DNA of 25,052 nucleotides, taken from NCBI GenBank assembly GCA_964589775.1, contig CAZPUN010000036.1:1-25052 (forward strand), given 5' to 3'. A model generated the notes under the pieces. The model made no database searches. It saw only the letters and a program-made list of their open reading frames with translations, and was not told the DNA's origin. This DNA comes from an uncultured archaeon. Lineage in GTDB: Archaea; Asgardarchaeota; Thorarchaeia; Thorarchaeales; CAZPUN01. The first letter of the stretch is position 1. Every line of letters begins with the position of its first letter. Below, in pieces: positions 17,038 through 25,052 of this stretch. The position numbers were made by a program, and so were the translations under genes.

Positions 17038-18015
17038 ATGGAAATAACTGTAAATTGTAAAATAATAACTCCAATGTTCCTTGGCGATGCGGATGGTAAA
17101 ACCGCAGTATTAAGACCTCCTTCAATTAAGGCTGCATTACGTTTTTGGTGGCGTGCTCTACACGGAGATCTTTCATTGGCAGAATTAAAAAGTCGCGAAG
17201 GTGAAATATTTGGGTCTTCAAGTGGGAATGCTACGAAAAGCAGAGTTTCTATAAATGTAACCCCCAAGTTATTATCCACATCCCAGAAAGAATTAATTGG
17301 TTCTAAAAAATTAGTCATAACATCGCGTCATACTTTTCAAATAAATCTTATTGAATACTTGAGCTATGGAACCTACAATTTTAAGAATCATGGTATCTAT
17401 CGATATAATCGTCAATATATTCTTCCAGATCAAAAATTCACGATAAATCTTGTATTTCAAGATACGCAATATTCTAAAGACGTTATTAAAGCACTTTCAG
17501 TTCTTTCTAAATTTGGAGGATTAGGCTCAAAATCCAGAAATGGATTTGGCTCATTCAAAATTTTGGAAACAAGTTCTAATTTTTCAGACATTAAAATAGA
17601 CCGTCAGATGTTTTCACCAAATATTCCAAAATATTCTGCTTTTTCCTCTGAAATGAAACTTTGGAGAACAGATAAAACTAAGAGTTGGATTGGAGCTTTG
17701 AGTAAGCTTGCTGCCGCTTATCATTATGCTCGCAATAATATAGAATCTAAGCATAATTACTCATTAAGACAATATATTGGAGCTCCTATAATTATTCGAA
17801 AGATGGGGCAGGTCTCAAAATTATCACGGCATGCAAAACCGTACTTTATGTCAGTGCATTATGAAGATGGATATTATTATGGGCAAATATTATACTTGCC
17901 TTCTAAATATGCAATTGGTCTAGATGATGTTAATAATAATGATGATCGAATGTTTCTTAACGCATGTGATAAACTTAATAAACTTTTATCAGAAGAATTA
18001 GATGAGATTTGGTGA
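17038..18015 (+). CDS. cmr1: type III-B CRISPR RAMP protein Cmr1
   Basis: ITPMFLG, LRPPSIKAALRFWWRA, EGEIFGS, G-rich loop FGGLGSKSRNGFGS. Confidence 0.92.
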   Translation: MEITVNCKIITPMFLGDADGKTAVLRPPSIKAALRFWWRALHGDLSLAELKSREGEIFGSSSGNATKSRVSINVTPKLLSTSQKELIGSKKLVITSRHTFQINLIEYLSYGTYNFKNHGIYRYNRQYILPDQKFTINLVFQDTQYSKDVIKALSVLSKFGGLGSKSRNGFGSFKILETSSNFSDIKIDRQMFSPNIPKYSAFSSEMKLWRTDKTKSWIGALSKLAAAYHYARNNIESKHNYSLRQYIGAPIIIRKMGQVSKLSRHAKPYFMSVHYEDGYYYGQILYLPSKYAIGLDDVNNNDDRMFLNACDKLNKLLSEELDEIW

Positions 18016-18022
18016 GGGCAAA

Positions 18023-19351
18023 ATGGTTGAAGAAAAATCAAATGTATTGATCTCTTTCTTAGGAACTACAAATTATATTCCCGTAAATTATTATTTATAT
18101 AATAAGAAAAATAAAGTTGATAATACACGTTTTGTTCAAGAAGCGATTTCTAAGATTCTTTGTAAGGACTGGACAGATTCCGATAGAATTGTTGTATTTT
18201 TGACAGATGATGCTAAGAAAAAAAATTGGGAAAATCGTGAAGATCATGAAAAACAAAAAATTATTGGTCTTTATGAAAAATTGCAGAATCTGAAATTAAA
18301 GCCTCAAATTGTACCTATTTCGATTCCATCGGGAAAAAACAAAGATGAGATTTGGAAAATTTTTGATATTGTTTTCAAAACATTAAATGAGAATGATCAT
18401 GTACATTTTGACATTACTCATGCATTTCGTATGATTCCAATGCTTGTTTTCATTATTCTAAATTATGCAAAAACTATCAAGAATATTTCAATAGACGGTA
18501 TCTATTATGGTGCTATGGAATCCTTAGGAACAATCTCAGATATTAGAGCAATGGATATCTCTCAGCGAGATGTACCGATTTTTGATGTAACCGAATTTGT
18601 TAGAGTTTTCGAATGGACTATTGCAGTAAACAACTTTCAGATCTATGGTGATGCAAAAGAGATTTATAGTCTTACCATGGATATTGCAAAAAATTCCCGA
18701 AATAATCCCAACGTGAATATAGATGTAATTCGTAATTTTGCAAACAAGTTGAAATACTTTACAGATGCAATCAGAAGAAGTCTAGGTCCAGTAATCATAG
18801 AATTTGAGTATGAAACTCTTAAACACCTAATTAAAAAGATAAAGAATAACAATATTTATGCGTTAAATCCACTATTAGATCGAATTTCAAATAAGATTAA
18901 TGATTTCAAAAGTAATGATGTAGAAAATGGTTATCGCGCAGTAAAATGGTGTATTGAGCACAATCTGATTCAACAAGGATATACAATTCTCAGAGAAACA
19001 ATCATCAGTGAAATTCTTTTAAAAGCTTTGGCCAAATCATATTTTAAAAATGAAAAAATATTTAAAAATGAAAAAATACGAGAAGGAATTGCAGAACGAC
19101 TTTCAGTTATAGCCTTAAAAAATAGGCATGACAAGAAAGAGAATATGGATGGAATATTACCCGACGATATACGGCAAAAAGTAGATGCAGAAATTAATGA
19201 ATGTATAGCCCAAATTTTCTACAATTTAGGGAATTATCGGAATTATATAAATCATGCCGGTTTTAAACATAACCACATTAAAGCTAATGAATTATCTAAA
19301 CAATTATCAAATTTTATCAAACAATTGGAGGAGTGTCGAAAAAATGAATGA
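18023..19351 (+). CDS. csx1: CRISPR-associated CARF-HEPN ribonuclease, Csx1 (TM1812-like)
   Basis: LISFLG, FDITHAFR, IYYGA, PIFDVT, HEPN R-X4-H motif RNYINHAG. GGTGA RBS overlapping the cmr1 stop favours ATG 18023. Confidence 0.9.
   Translation: MVEEKSNVLISFLGTTNYIPVNYYLYNKKNKVDNTRFVQEAISKILCKDWTDSDRIVVFLTDDAKKKNWENREDHEKQKIIGLYEKLQNLKLKPQIVPISIPSGKNKDEIWKIFDIVFKTLNENDHVHFDITHAFRMIPMLVFIILNYAKTIKNISIDGIYYGAMESLGTISDIRAMDISQRDVPIFDVTEFVRVFEWTIAVNNFQIYGDAKEIYSLTMDIAKNSRNNPNVNIDVIRNFANKLKYFTDAIRRSLGPVIIEFEYETLKHLIKKIKNNNIYALNPLLDRISNKINDFKSNDVENGYRAVKWCIEHNLIQQGYTILRETIISEILLKALAKSYFKNEKIFKNEKIREGIAERLSVIALKNRHDKKENMDGILPDDIRQKVDAEINECIAQIFYNLGNYRNYINHAGFKHNHIKANELSKQLSNFIKQLEECRKNE
19043..19078 (+). 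repeat. perfect 18-bp in-frame tandem duplication in csx1
   Basis: TTTAAAAATGAAAAAATA x2, encoding FKNEKI-FKNEKI. Confidence 0.9.
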
Positions 19352-20249
19352 AAGAAATAGGCTCTTATTTTATGTTGTTGAAAGCTCTTTGCATGCAGGA
19401 TTAGGAAACAGCTTAGGTCGAGTAGACATGATTATTCAACGGGAACGATATACGCGATTTCCAATTATTGAGGCATCTAGTCTTAAAGGTGTTTTCCGTA
19501 GTGCGTTCGACAAGCGTATGTCCAAAGACGATCCAGAGAACAACGTAGTTTCCATACTGTTTGGTCCAGAAAAAGGAGATGAATATTCGGGCTCTCTAAT
19601 AATGTCAAATGCAAATATCTTATTGTTTCCTATTAAATCTATGAAAAATGTGTATGCATTAGCAACATGTCCTTCGGCTTTGCTACGATTTAATGAGTAT
19701 TTGCAAAAAGTCGGTAAAAAACCCCTTAAAATTCCAAAGCCGAATACAGTACCTGAAAATACTAATTTGATTATTTTAGAAAACAAGATTGTTCTAGAAG
19801 AATTTACTTTCGAGATTTCGGAATCCGATGCGTGCTCAACACTTGCCGAGTTTCTTGCAGAATATATAATTGGAGACGATGAGGATTACGCATATTTGAA
19901 AGAAAAAATAGAAAATGACCTTGTCATACTTTCAGATGACGATTTTTCATATTTTGTTCAATATTCTACAGAACTTCATACACGCACAAAAATAGACCCT
20001 GCAACGGGAACTGTACAGCATACCGGATTATTTACGGAAGAATATCTCCCTGCAGATACTGTTTTGTATTCGCTCGTGTCGATATCCAAGATTTACGCAG
20101 ATGGTAAACACATATTTAGTGATACTGATAAAGATGCAGAATCTAAAAAGGCATTGAACTACTTTATCGAGCATCTGCCTAAAGCAATACAAATTGGGAA
20201 AAATGGAAGTATTGGAAAGGGCATTGTAAAAATTTTTGGAGGGAATTAA
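19344..20249 (+). CDS. cmr4: type III-B CRISPR RAMP protein Cmr4 (Cas7 backbone nuclease)
   Basis: LHAGLG....VD..IQRE, FP.IEASSLKG, LFG, ILLFPIKS, RTKIDPATGTV...LFTEEYLP, QIG...IGKG. GGAGGAG RBS; ATG 19344 overlaps the csx1 stop. Confidence 0.93.
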   Translation: MNERNRLLFYVVESSLHAGLGNSLGRVDMIIQRERYTRFPIIEASSLKGVFRSAFDKRMSKDDPENNVVSILFGPEKGDEYSGSLIMSNANILLFPIKSMKNVYALATCPSALLRFNEYLQKVGKKPLKIPKPNTVPENTNLIILENKIVLEEFTFEISESDACSTLAEFLAEYIIGDDEDYAYLKEKIENDLVILSDDDFSYFVQYSTELHTRTKIDPATGTVQHTGLFTEEYLPADTVLYSLVSISKIYADGKHIFSDTDKDAESKKALNYFIEHLPKAIQIGKNGSIGKGIVKIFGGN

Positions 20250-20624
20250 TTGGTATCTAAGAATATGGAACTTACTATTGCAAAAATTGCATATGATTTT
20301 GCAGAGGAAGGTGCTGCAATATCAAAAAAGAAAGAGTACAAGTCCTATGTCAAAAAAATTCCAAGTTTAATTTACAAAAATGGCTTGTCTGCTACACTTA
20401 AGTTTATTGATATAAAACGTAATAATCAATCTAATAATGATGCATATAATATTTTGTTCAACCAAATTAAAAAATTCTTAGTAGATATGGGTCATTCTCT
20501 TAATGATCCTTTTACTTATGTTTCTTCGTGTGATTCTAATAAATATCGTAAAGTGACAATTGAAATTTTATCGTTATTCGATTGGCTAAAGCGTTTTGCA
20601 GACGGTTTAATTAAGGAGGATTAA
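20250..20624 (+). CDS. cmr5: type III-B small subunit Cmr5
   Basis: YKSYVKKIPSLIYKNGL..TL.F and WLKRFA motifs; position between cmr4 and cmr6. Confidence 0.92.
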   Translation: MVSKNMELTIAKIAYDFAEEGAAISKKKEYKSYVKKIPSLIYKNGLSATLKFIDIKRNNQSNNDAYNILFNQIKKFLVDMGHSLNDPFTYVSSCDSNKYRKVTIEILSLFDWLKRFADGLIKED

Positions 20625-20629
20625 TAAAT

Positions 20630-21532
20630 ATGGCGCGGTATATTCGTCCAATTAATAGACAAAAACGTGACTATAATAGGTCATATTCTCATAGAGAGTC
20701 CAGAGAGAATTGTGTCTATCTAGTACCCACGGATACAAGTAAACTAATACCAGAAACTATTGACAATTTTAACTTGAAGTTAAACAAAGCCATAAAACTG
20801 TGTAACGATAGTTTTAGGTTAGAAATAAACGATCATACTATTAATACTAAAATAATTAAAAGCGTTGCAGAGCGGCACCGTAATACTATAGAAAATCTCG
20901 GCATCTTGGTTGAGAGTAAAACTTTTGCTCCGGAATGGCGTATGATAATCGGGTTAGGTGACGCATCAGTTTACGAGACTTCTATGCATTTACATCATGT
21001 ATATGGTTTTCCATATATTCCTGGCAGTGGAATAAAAGGTGCATTACGAAATTATTTTATACTACGATATTTTGCCAGTGAGAACGGAACTGTTAATTTA
21101 GAAAATGCTGAAAGTAGAGCTATTAAAGATCGTGGATTCTGTGACATATTTGGGTCTCCTGAAGATGGCTATTACAAAAAAGCAGTTAAAGGTCGTATTA
21201 TCTTTTTTGATGCATATCCGCAGGGTAACGTTATTATTAAACGAGACATTATGAATCCGCATTACGCACCATATTATTCTGATGATGAAAATAAAACACC
21301 TCCCGGTGATTATTTCAATCCGGTTCCAATATTTTTCCTAGTTGTTGAAGAAACAAAATTTGAATTTATTTTTGGGATTAACCCCGAAGATAATCAAACA
21401 ATCCCTGAAGGAAAATTCAAAGGTAAAAAACCACTTGATGTTGTAATGGAAAATCTTGAAGATGCGTTCGAGAATTTCGGTATTGGTGCAAAAACTGCAG
21501 TTGGATATGGTCACATGGTGGTTAGTAAATAA
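20630..21532 (+). CDS. cmr6: type III-B CRISPR RAMP protein Cmr6
   Basis: RMIIGLG, LHHVYGFPYIPGSGIKG, IFFDAYP, DIMNPHY, PVPIFFL, GIGAKTAVGYG. Confidence 0.93.
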   Translation: MARYIRPINRQKRDYNRSYSHRESRENCVYLVPTDTSKLIPETIDNFNLKLNKAIKLCNDSFRLEINDHTINTKIIKSVAERHRNTIENLGILVESKTFAPEWRMIIGLGDASVYETSMHLHHVYGFPYIPGSGIKGALRNYFILRYFASENGTVNLENAESRAIKDRGFCDIFGSPEDGYYKKAVKGRIIFFDAYPQGNVIIKRDIMNPHYAPYYSDDENKTPPGDYFNPVPIFFLVVEETKFEFIFGINPEDNQTIPEGKFKGKKPLDVVMENLEDAFENFGIGAKTAVGYGHMVVSK

Positions 21533-21534
21533 TC

Positions 21535-21557
21535 TTTTTTCTTTTTTCATATTTTTG
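21535..21557 (+). terminator. oligo-T terminator after cmr6
   Basis: T6-C-T6...T5 immediately after the stop codon. Confidence 0.55.
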
Positions 21558-21610
21558 TATTATTTCGCTGTTGAGTATCTTGTGCAATTAGGGATTTTTC
21601 AATATTACAA

Positions 21611-21875
21611 ACACTCTGCGAGAAAGCATTGCTTTAGAAAGCGGTGATGAATCGCATAAGAGTTCATAACAGTGTATACATATAATAAATCAATTAGTTT
21701 GAGGATTTAGAATAGGGTGCGACTTGAATACATGTGTTGCATCCAAAGATATCCTCAAAAAAGATGGGGGTGCGTTGCTCTCTTATCGAGACACGGCGAG
21801 TATATGCTTGAAATAGCTACTGCAGGGTAGTTTATACGTAAAACCCTTGCATCTCAATGCGGGAAGTATACCTGA
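21611..21875 (+). ncRNA. candidate structured non-coding RNA, family unassigned
   Basis: About 40% GC by hand count versus about 14% in the next 80 nt. Four foldable hairpins, three with G-U pairs on the + strand; no ORF of 60 aa or more spans it. Confidence 0.4.
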
Positions 21876-22089
21876 TGATTATTAAAAAGATAAATCAATC
21901 TATTTCGTATTTATTCATAATGTCTTAATTATTTATTTTTATGATTTTATTTAAAACAGAAAAGATCAATTTGGGCTATGGTATAAATCTCTTATAAATT
22001 AAATTGTGAACTTAAATGTACAATATTGAAAGCACTAACCGATAATTTTAGAAGCGGATGATTCTTTCATCATCACAAAGGTGATTACA

Positions 22090-23424
22090 ATGGAACGAAC
22101 GAAAGTAATTATTATGGGTGCAGCAGGACGAGACTTTCACAACTTTAACGTGTATTTCCGTAATAATGAGAAATATGAAGTAGTTGCTTTTACAGCTGCA
22201 CAGATTCCCGGAATTGAAGAGAGAGTATATCCGCCCGAACTTTCAGGACCATTATATCCCAATGGAATAAAAATCTATCCTGAAGAAAAATTACCTGAAT
22301 TAATTAAGAAATTTAAAGTAGAACAAGTTATTCTCGCGTATTCTGATCTTGCACATGAAGATGTAATGCACAAGGCATCAATTGTTAATGCCGCAGGTGC
22401 TGATTTTAGATTAATGGGCACTGAGACTACAATGCTCAAATCCAAGAAGCCCGTTGTTGCTGTTTGTGCTGTAAGAACTGGTTGTGGTAAGAGCCAGACT
22501 TCTCGAAGAGTTAACAAGATTTTGAAGGATATGGGTCTAAAGGTTGTAGATGTACGACACCCAATGCCATATAATCCTGACTTAACAAAGCAGATCATGC
22601 AAAGATTTGAGACTGTTGAAGATATGGACAAGCAGGAATGTACAATTGAAGAGCGTGAAGAATATGAACCAATGATTAACATGGGTGTCATTGTATATGC
22701 TGGTGTTGATTATCAGAAGATTCTTGAAAATGCTGAAAAAGAGGCAGACATTATCACATGGGATGGTGGAAACAACGACTTTCCATTCTTCAAGCCCGAC
22801 CTGTTGATTGTAGTTGTTGATCCTCACAGACCCGGTCATGAAGTCGCATACTATCCTGGTGAAACAAACCTGCGTATGGCTGATATTGTTATTATCAACA
22901 AGGAAGCCACTGCTGATTTCGAGAACATTGAAGAAGTTCGTGAAAATGTCATGGCTGTAAATCCAAATGCAATTATTATTGATGCAGCATCACCTCTATT
23001 TGTAGATGATCCGGATGTAATTCGTGGTAAGCGTGTCTTAGTAATTGAAGATGGCCCAACAGTCACACACGGTGGTATGCCATACGGTGCAGGATACATG
23101 GCAGCTATCAAATTTGGTGCTGCAGAAGTAATCGATCCTCGTCCGTATGCAGTTGGTTCAATTATTGACACATTTGAAAAATATGACCACCTTTCTGAAG
23201 TTTTACCAGCTATGGGATACAGTCCAACTCAAATTAAGGAACTTGAAGAAACCATCAATAACTCTGATGCTGAAGCCGTTATTATCGGTACCCCCATCGA
23301 CCTCAGTCGTCTCATTAAATTCAAAGTTCCATACACTCGTGTCCGCTACGAACTCGAGGAAATTGGTCAGCCCAAGCTTGATGAAATTCTTAAGAAATTT
23401 GTTGAAGAAAAAGTCAAGAAATAA
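22090..23424 (+). CDS. arginine synthetase (ArcE)-like / cyclic 2,3-diphosphoglycerate synthetase-family P-loop protein
   Basis: MGAAGRDFHNFN, AVRTGCGKSQT P-loop, RHPMPY, TIEEREEYE, WDGGNND, EDGPT.THGGM. GGTGA RBS at 22080-22084 favours ATG 22090. Confidence 0.8.
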   Translation: MERTKVIIMGAAGRDFHNFNVYFRNNEKYEVVAFTAAQIPGIEERVYPPELSGPLYPNGIKIYPEEKLPELIKKFKVEQVILAYSDLAHEDVMHKASIVNAAGADFRLMGTETTMLKSKKPVVAVCAVRTGCGKSQTSRRVNKILKDMGLKVVDVRHPMPYNPDLTKQIMQRFETVEDMDKQECTIEEREEYEPMINMGVIVYAGVDYQKILENAEKEADIITWDGGNNDFPFFKPDLLIVVVDPHRPGHEVAYYPGETNLRMADIVIINKEATADFENIEEVRENVMAVNPNAIIIDAASPLFVDDPDVIRGKRVLVIEDGPTVTHGGMPYGAGYMAAIKFGAAEVIDPRPYAVGSIIDTFEKYDHLSEVLPAMGYSPTQIKELEETINNSDAEAVIIGTPIDLSRLIKFKVPYTRVRYELEEIGQPKLDEILKKFVEEKVKK

Positions 23425-23453
23425 GGGAATATTTCCCTTCTGTTTTTATTTTT
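23423..23453 (+). terminator. hairpin + T-tract terminator
   Basis: AAGGGAA-TAT-TTCCCTT followed by CTGTTTTTATTTTT. Confidence 0.65.
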
Positions 23454-23491
23454 ATATTGGTGGTTATAGAAAAAAGAAATGATTTATTGGA

Positions 23492-25052
23492 CTAAATTAC
23501 TACAAGTCCAAATAGTGCCCATATCCATACGACGACTAGTGTTAATATTAGTAATGCAATGACATCTAGTCCTATTCCGGTTTTGATCATTTCTTTCAGC
23601 GAAATCTTACCTGTGGAATATGCGATTGTACTTGGTGGTGTTCCTGTCGGTAATGCAAAATCGAGTGATGCACCAATTGCAATTGTCATCGTAATCAACA
23701 TGGGATCCATATCCAAGCTGATTGCCATTGGAATTCCGATTGGAATTAGTATAGCTGCTGCAGCTGTATTTGAAGCAAACATAGTAATTATTACCGCAAG
23801 GAATCCTATGACTACATTAACAATTATTGGCGAAATGCCTTGCATTCCGGACATTTGTACTCCTAACCAGTATGAAATTCCTGTATTTACAAGTGCGCTG
23901 CCAAGCAGGATACCACTTCCTAGTATTAATAGTGCGCTCCATGAGATTTGTCGTGAAATATCTTTTTCATCTAAGAATCCTAATGCTAGCAACAGAAAGC
24001 CTGCCAAAATTGATATGGTACTACTTGAAATACCATGTCCTGGCCATCCGATAATTGCTACGATAAAATCCGGTAACTTTTGGGTGAGCCATAATACAAT
24101 AGTTGTTGCAAAAATTATGATAACAGCCTTTTGTGTTCCTGTAAGTTCTCCAAGTTTTTCTAATTCCTCTTGTGCGGTTTTTCTAAGTTCTGAAACTTCT
24201 TTTGCTTCACTTGGCGGTTTAAACATAAAAATCAAAAATCGCCATATAATCGGTAGTGTAATTAGCACAACTGGGAGTCCAAATGAAAGCCAACTTGTGA
24301 AAGATAGATCCGCTCCTAAAAATGAATTGAGATATGCTACGGCAAGGGCATTTGGCGGCGAGCCAATTACTGTTCCTATACCTCCGAGAGTGGCAGAATA
24401 TGCAATTGCAAGTACGGTGACCTTTTCATATCTTTTTCTAATATCTAATGATCTTATTCTTCCAATCATTGCGAGCCCTATGGGAATCATAATCGCGGCA
24501 GTTGCGGTGTTACTTATCCAGAAAGATAAGAATGCCGTAACAAGCATGAGTACTAAAATCAGGGAATTTCCACTACCTTTACTCTTAACGATTAGTTCTA
24601 AAGCAATTCTCTTATCTAATTCATATTTTGTGAGTGCGCGCCCTATCAAAAATCCACCCAGAATCAAAGCTACAACTGGATCAAAGAATGGTGCGAGTGC
24701 TTGTGTGGGTGTATATACATTCATAAGGATTAAGAAGGTTGGAATCATCAAGGCTGTTGCAACAAGAGGAATTCCTTCTGTGAACCATAGTAGTGCAACA
24801 AGTCCAAGAAGTGCCATGGCCTCTCTGGACATTATTAATGGTTGGAACTCAATATATATTATATCTCCCGAGATTTTCGTTGGTCTTAATGTTCCGTTAT
24901 AATTAGTACCTACAAAATCGATGTGAATATCTTGATGCGATACTGCAACACCATTTGTAATAATTTTAAATGACACTTCATTTCCAATTTTTAAAAGAAC
25001 TTTATCTTTATACTGAATTGTAAAATTATACACTCCGGACGTGAATGTTTCT
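23492..25052 (-). CDS. DASS/SLC13 sodium:dicarboxylate/sulfate symporter (5' truncated by the window edge)
   Basis: WFTEGIP, WISNTATA, GSPPNA, FASNTAAA, GTPPS motifs. The frame has no stop upstream of GTG 25033 and runs to the window edge. Confidence 0.9.
   Translation of the reverse strand, partial: ETFTSGVYNFTIQYKDKVLLKIGNEVSFKIITNGVAVSHQDIHIDFVGTNYNGTLRPTKISGDIIYIEFQPLIMSREAMALLGLVALLWFTEGIPLVATALMIPTFLILMNVYTPTQALAPFFDPVVALILGGFLIGRALTKYELDKRIALELIVKSKGSGNSLILVLMLVTAFLSFWISNTATAAIMIPIGLAMIGRIRSLDIRKRYEKVTVLAIAYSATLGGIGTVIGSPPNALAVAYLNSFLGADLSFTSWLSFGLPVVLITLPIIWRFLIFMFKPPSEAKEVSELRKTAQEELEKLGELTGTQKAVIIIFATTIVLWLTQKLPDFIVAIIGWPGHGISSSTISILAGFLLLALGFLDEKDISRQISWSALLILGSGILLGSALVNTGISYWLGVQMSGMQGISPIIVNVVIGFLAVIITMFASNTAAAAILIPIGIPMAISLDMDPMLITMTIAIGASLDFALPTGTPPSTIAYSTGKISLKEMIKTGIGLDVIALLILTLVVVWIWALFGLVVI

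Noticed and set aside
19254-19343. N-terminal extension of Cmr4 in the ORF track (likewise the 18002, 16682 and 22081 starts)
   Set aside because: RBS positions and domain boundaries favour the downstream ATGs (19344, 18023, 16676, 22090).
21695-21790. Minus-frame peptide DIFGCNTCIQVAPY resembling a 4Fe-4S motif
   Set aside because: Short frame bounded by stops, no start, and the third Cys is missing; probably chance.
21760-21880. TPP, SAM-I or cobalamin riboswitch, hammerhead (CTGATGA + GAAA), group I/II intron, tRNA, RNase P or SRP identity for the structured segment
   Set aside because: Only isolated short words match (GGGGTGC, CTTATCGAGA, GGGAAG, CTGATGA, GTGCG). Their order and the required helices do not fit any of these families.
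21533-22080. CRISPR array or mini-array downstream of cmr6, including a lone ATTGAAAG at 22025-22032
   Set aside because: No repeated 24-40 bp unit with regular spacing. ATTGAAAG also occurs inside coding genes in this AT-rich window.
16690-22080. Mobile element or IS boundaries around the cmr block
   Set aside because: No transposase, integrase, tRNA target or convincing terminal or direct repeats were seen.
23559-24902. 447-aa + strand ORF
   Set aside because: Antisense shadow of the DASS transporter, with no motifs.

Overview
AT-rich, gene-dense archaeal window (GGTGA/GGAGG ribosome-binding sites, oligo-T terminators, TATA-type promoter). An Asgard-like lineage is inferred from gene content, not proven. 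In order: (1) housekeeping genes (partial inositol-1-phosphate synthase, YbjN-like, AsnB-like, LarE-like, AbrB/ACT-like, CPBP protease). (2) A ~10 kb uncharacterised cluster (4614-14991): HEAT/repeat protein, Cdc48-N+vWA protein, amidohydrolase, three coiled-coil proteins, a second vWA protein, and an 871-aa protein that looks like a fusion of catalytically dead copies of the neighbouring amidohydrolase and Cdc48N-vWA proteins. (3) An HD nucleotidase and a cyclophilin-like gene. (4) A small E2F/DP-like transcription factor (RRRVYD winged helix + coiled coil + marked-box-like region) with a canonical E2F site, TTTGGCGC, abutting its own TATA box. (5) A type III-B-derived operon cmr1-csx1-cmr4-cmr5-cmr6 with no cas10/cmr2, cmr3, cas6 or CRISPR array in the window, followed by a ~265-nt GC-enriched, G-U-containing structured segment. 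(6) An arginine synthetase/cDPG synthetase-like gene and a truncated DASS/SLC13 transporter. All calls come from motif recognition by eye; no searches were run.
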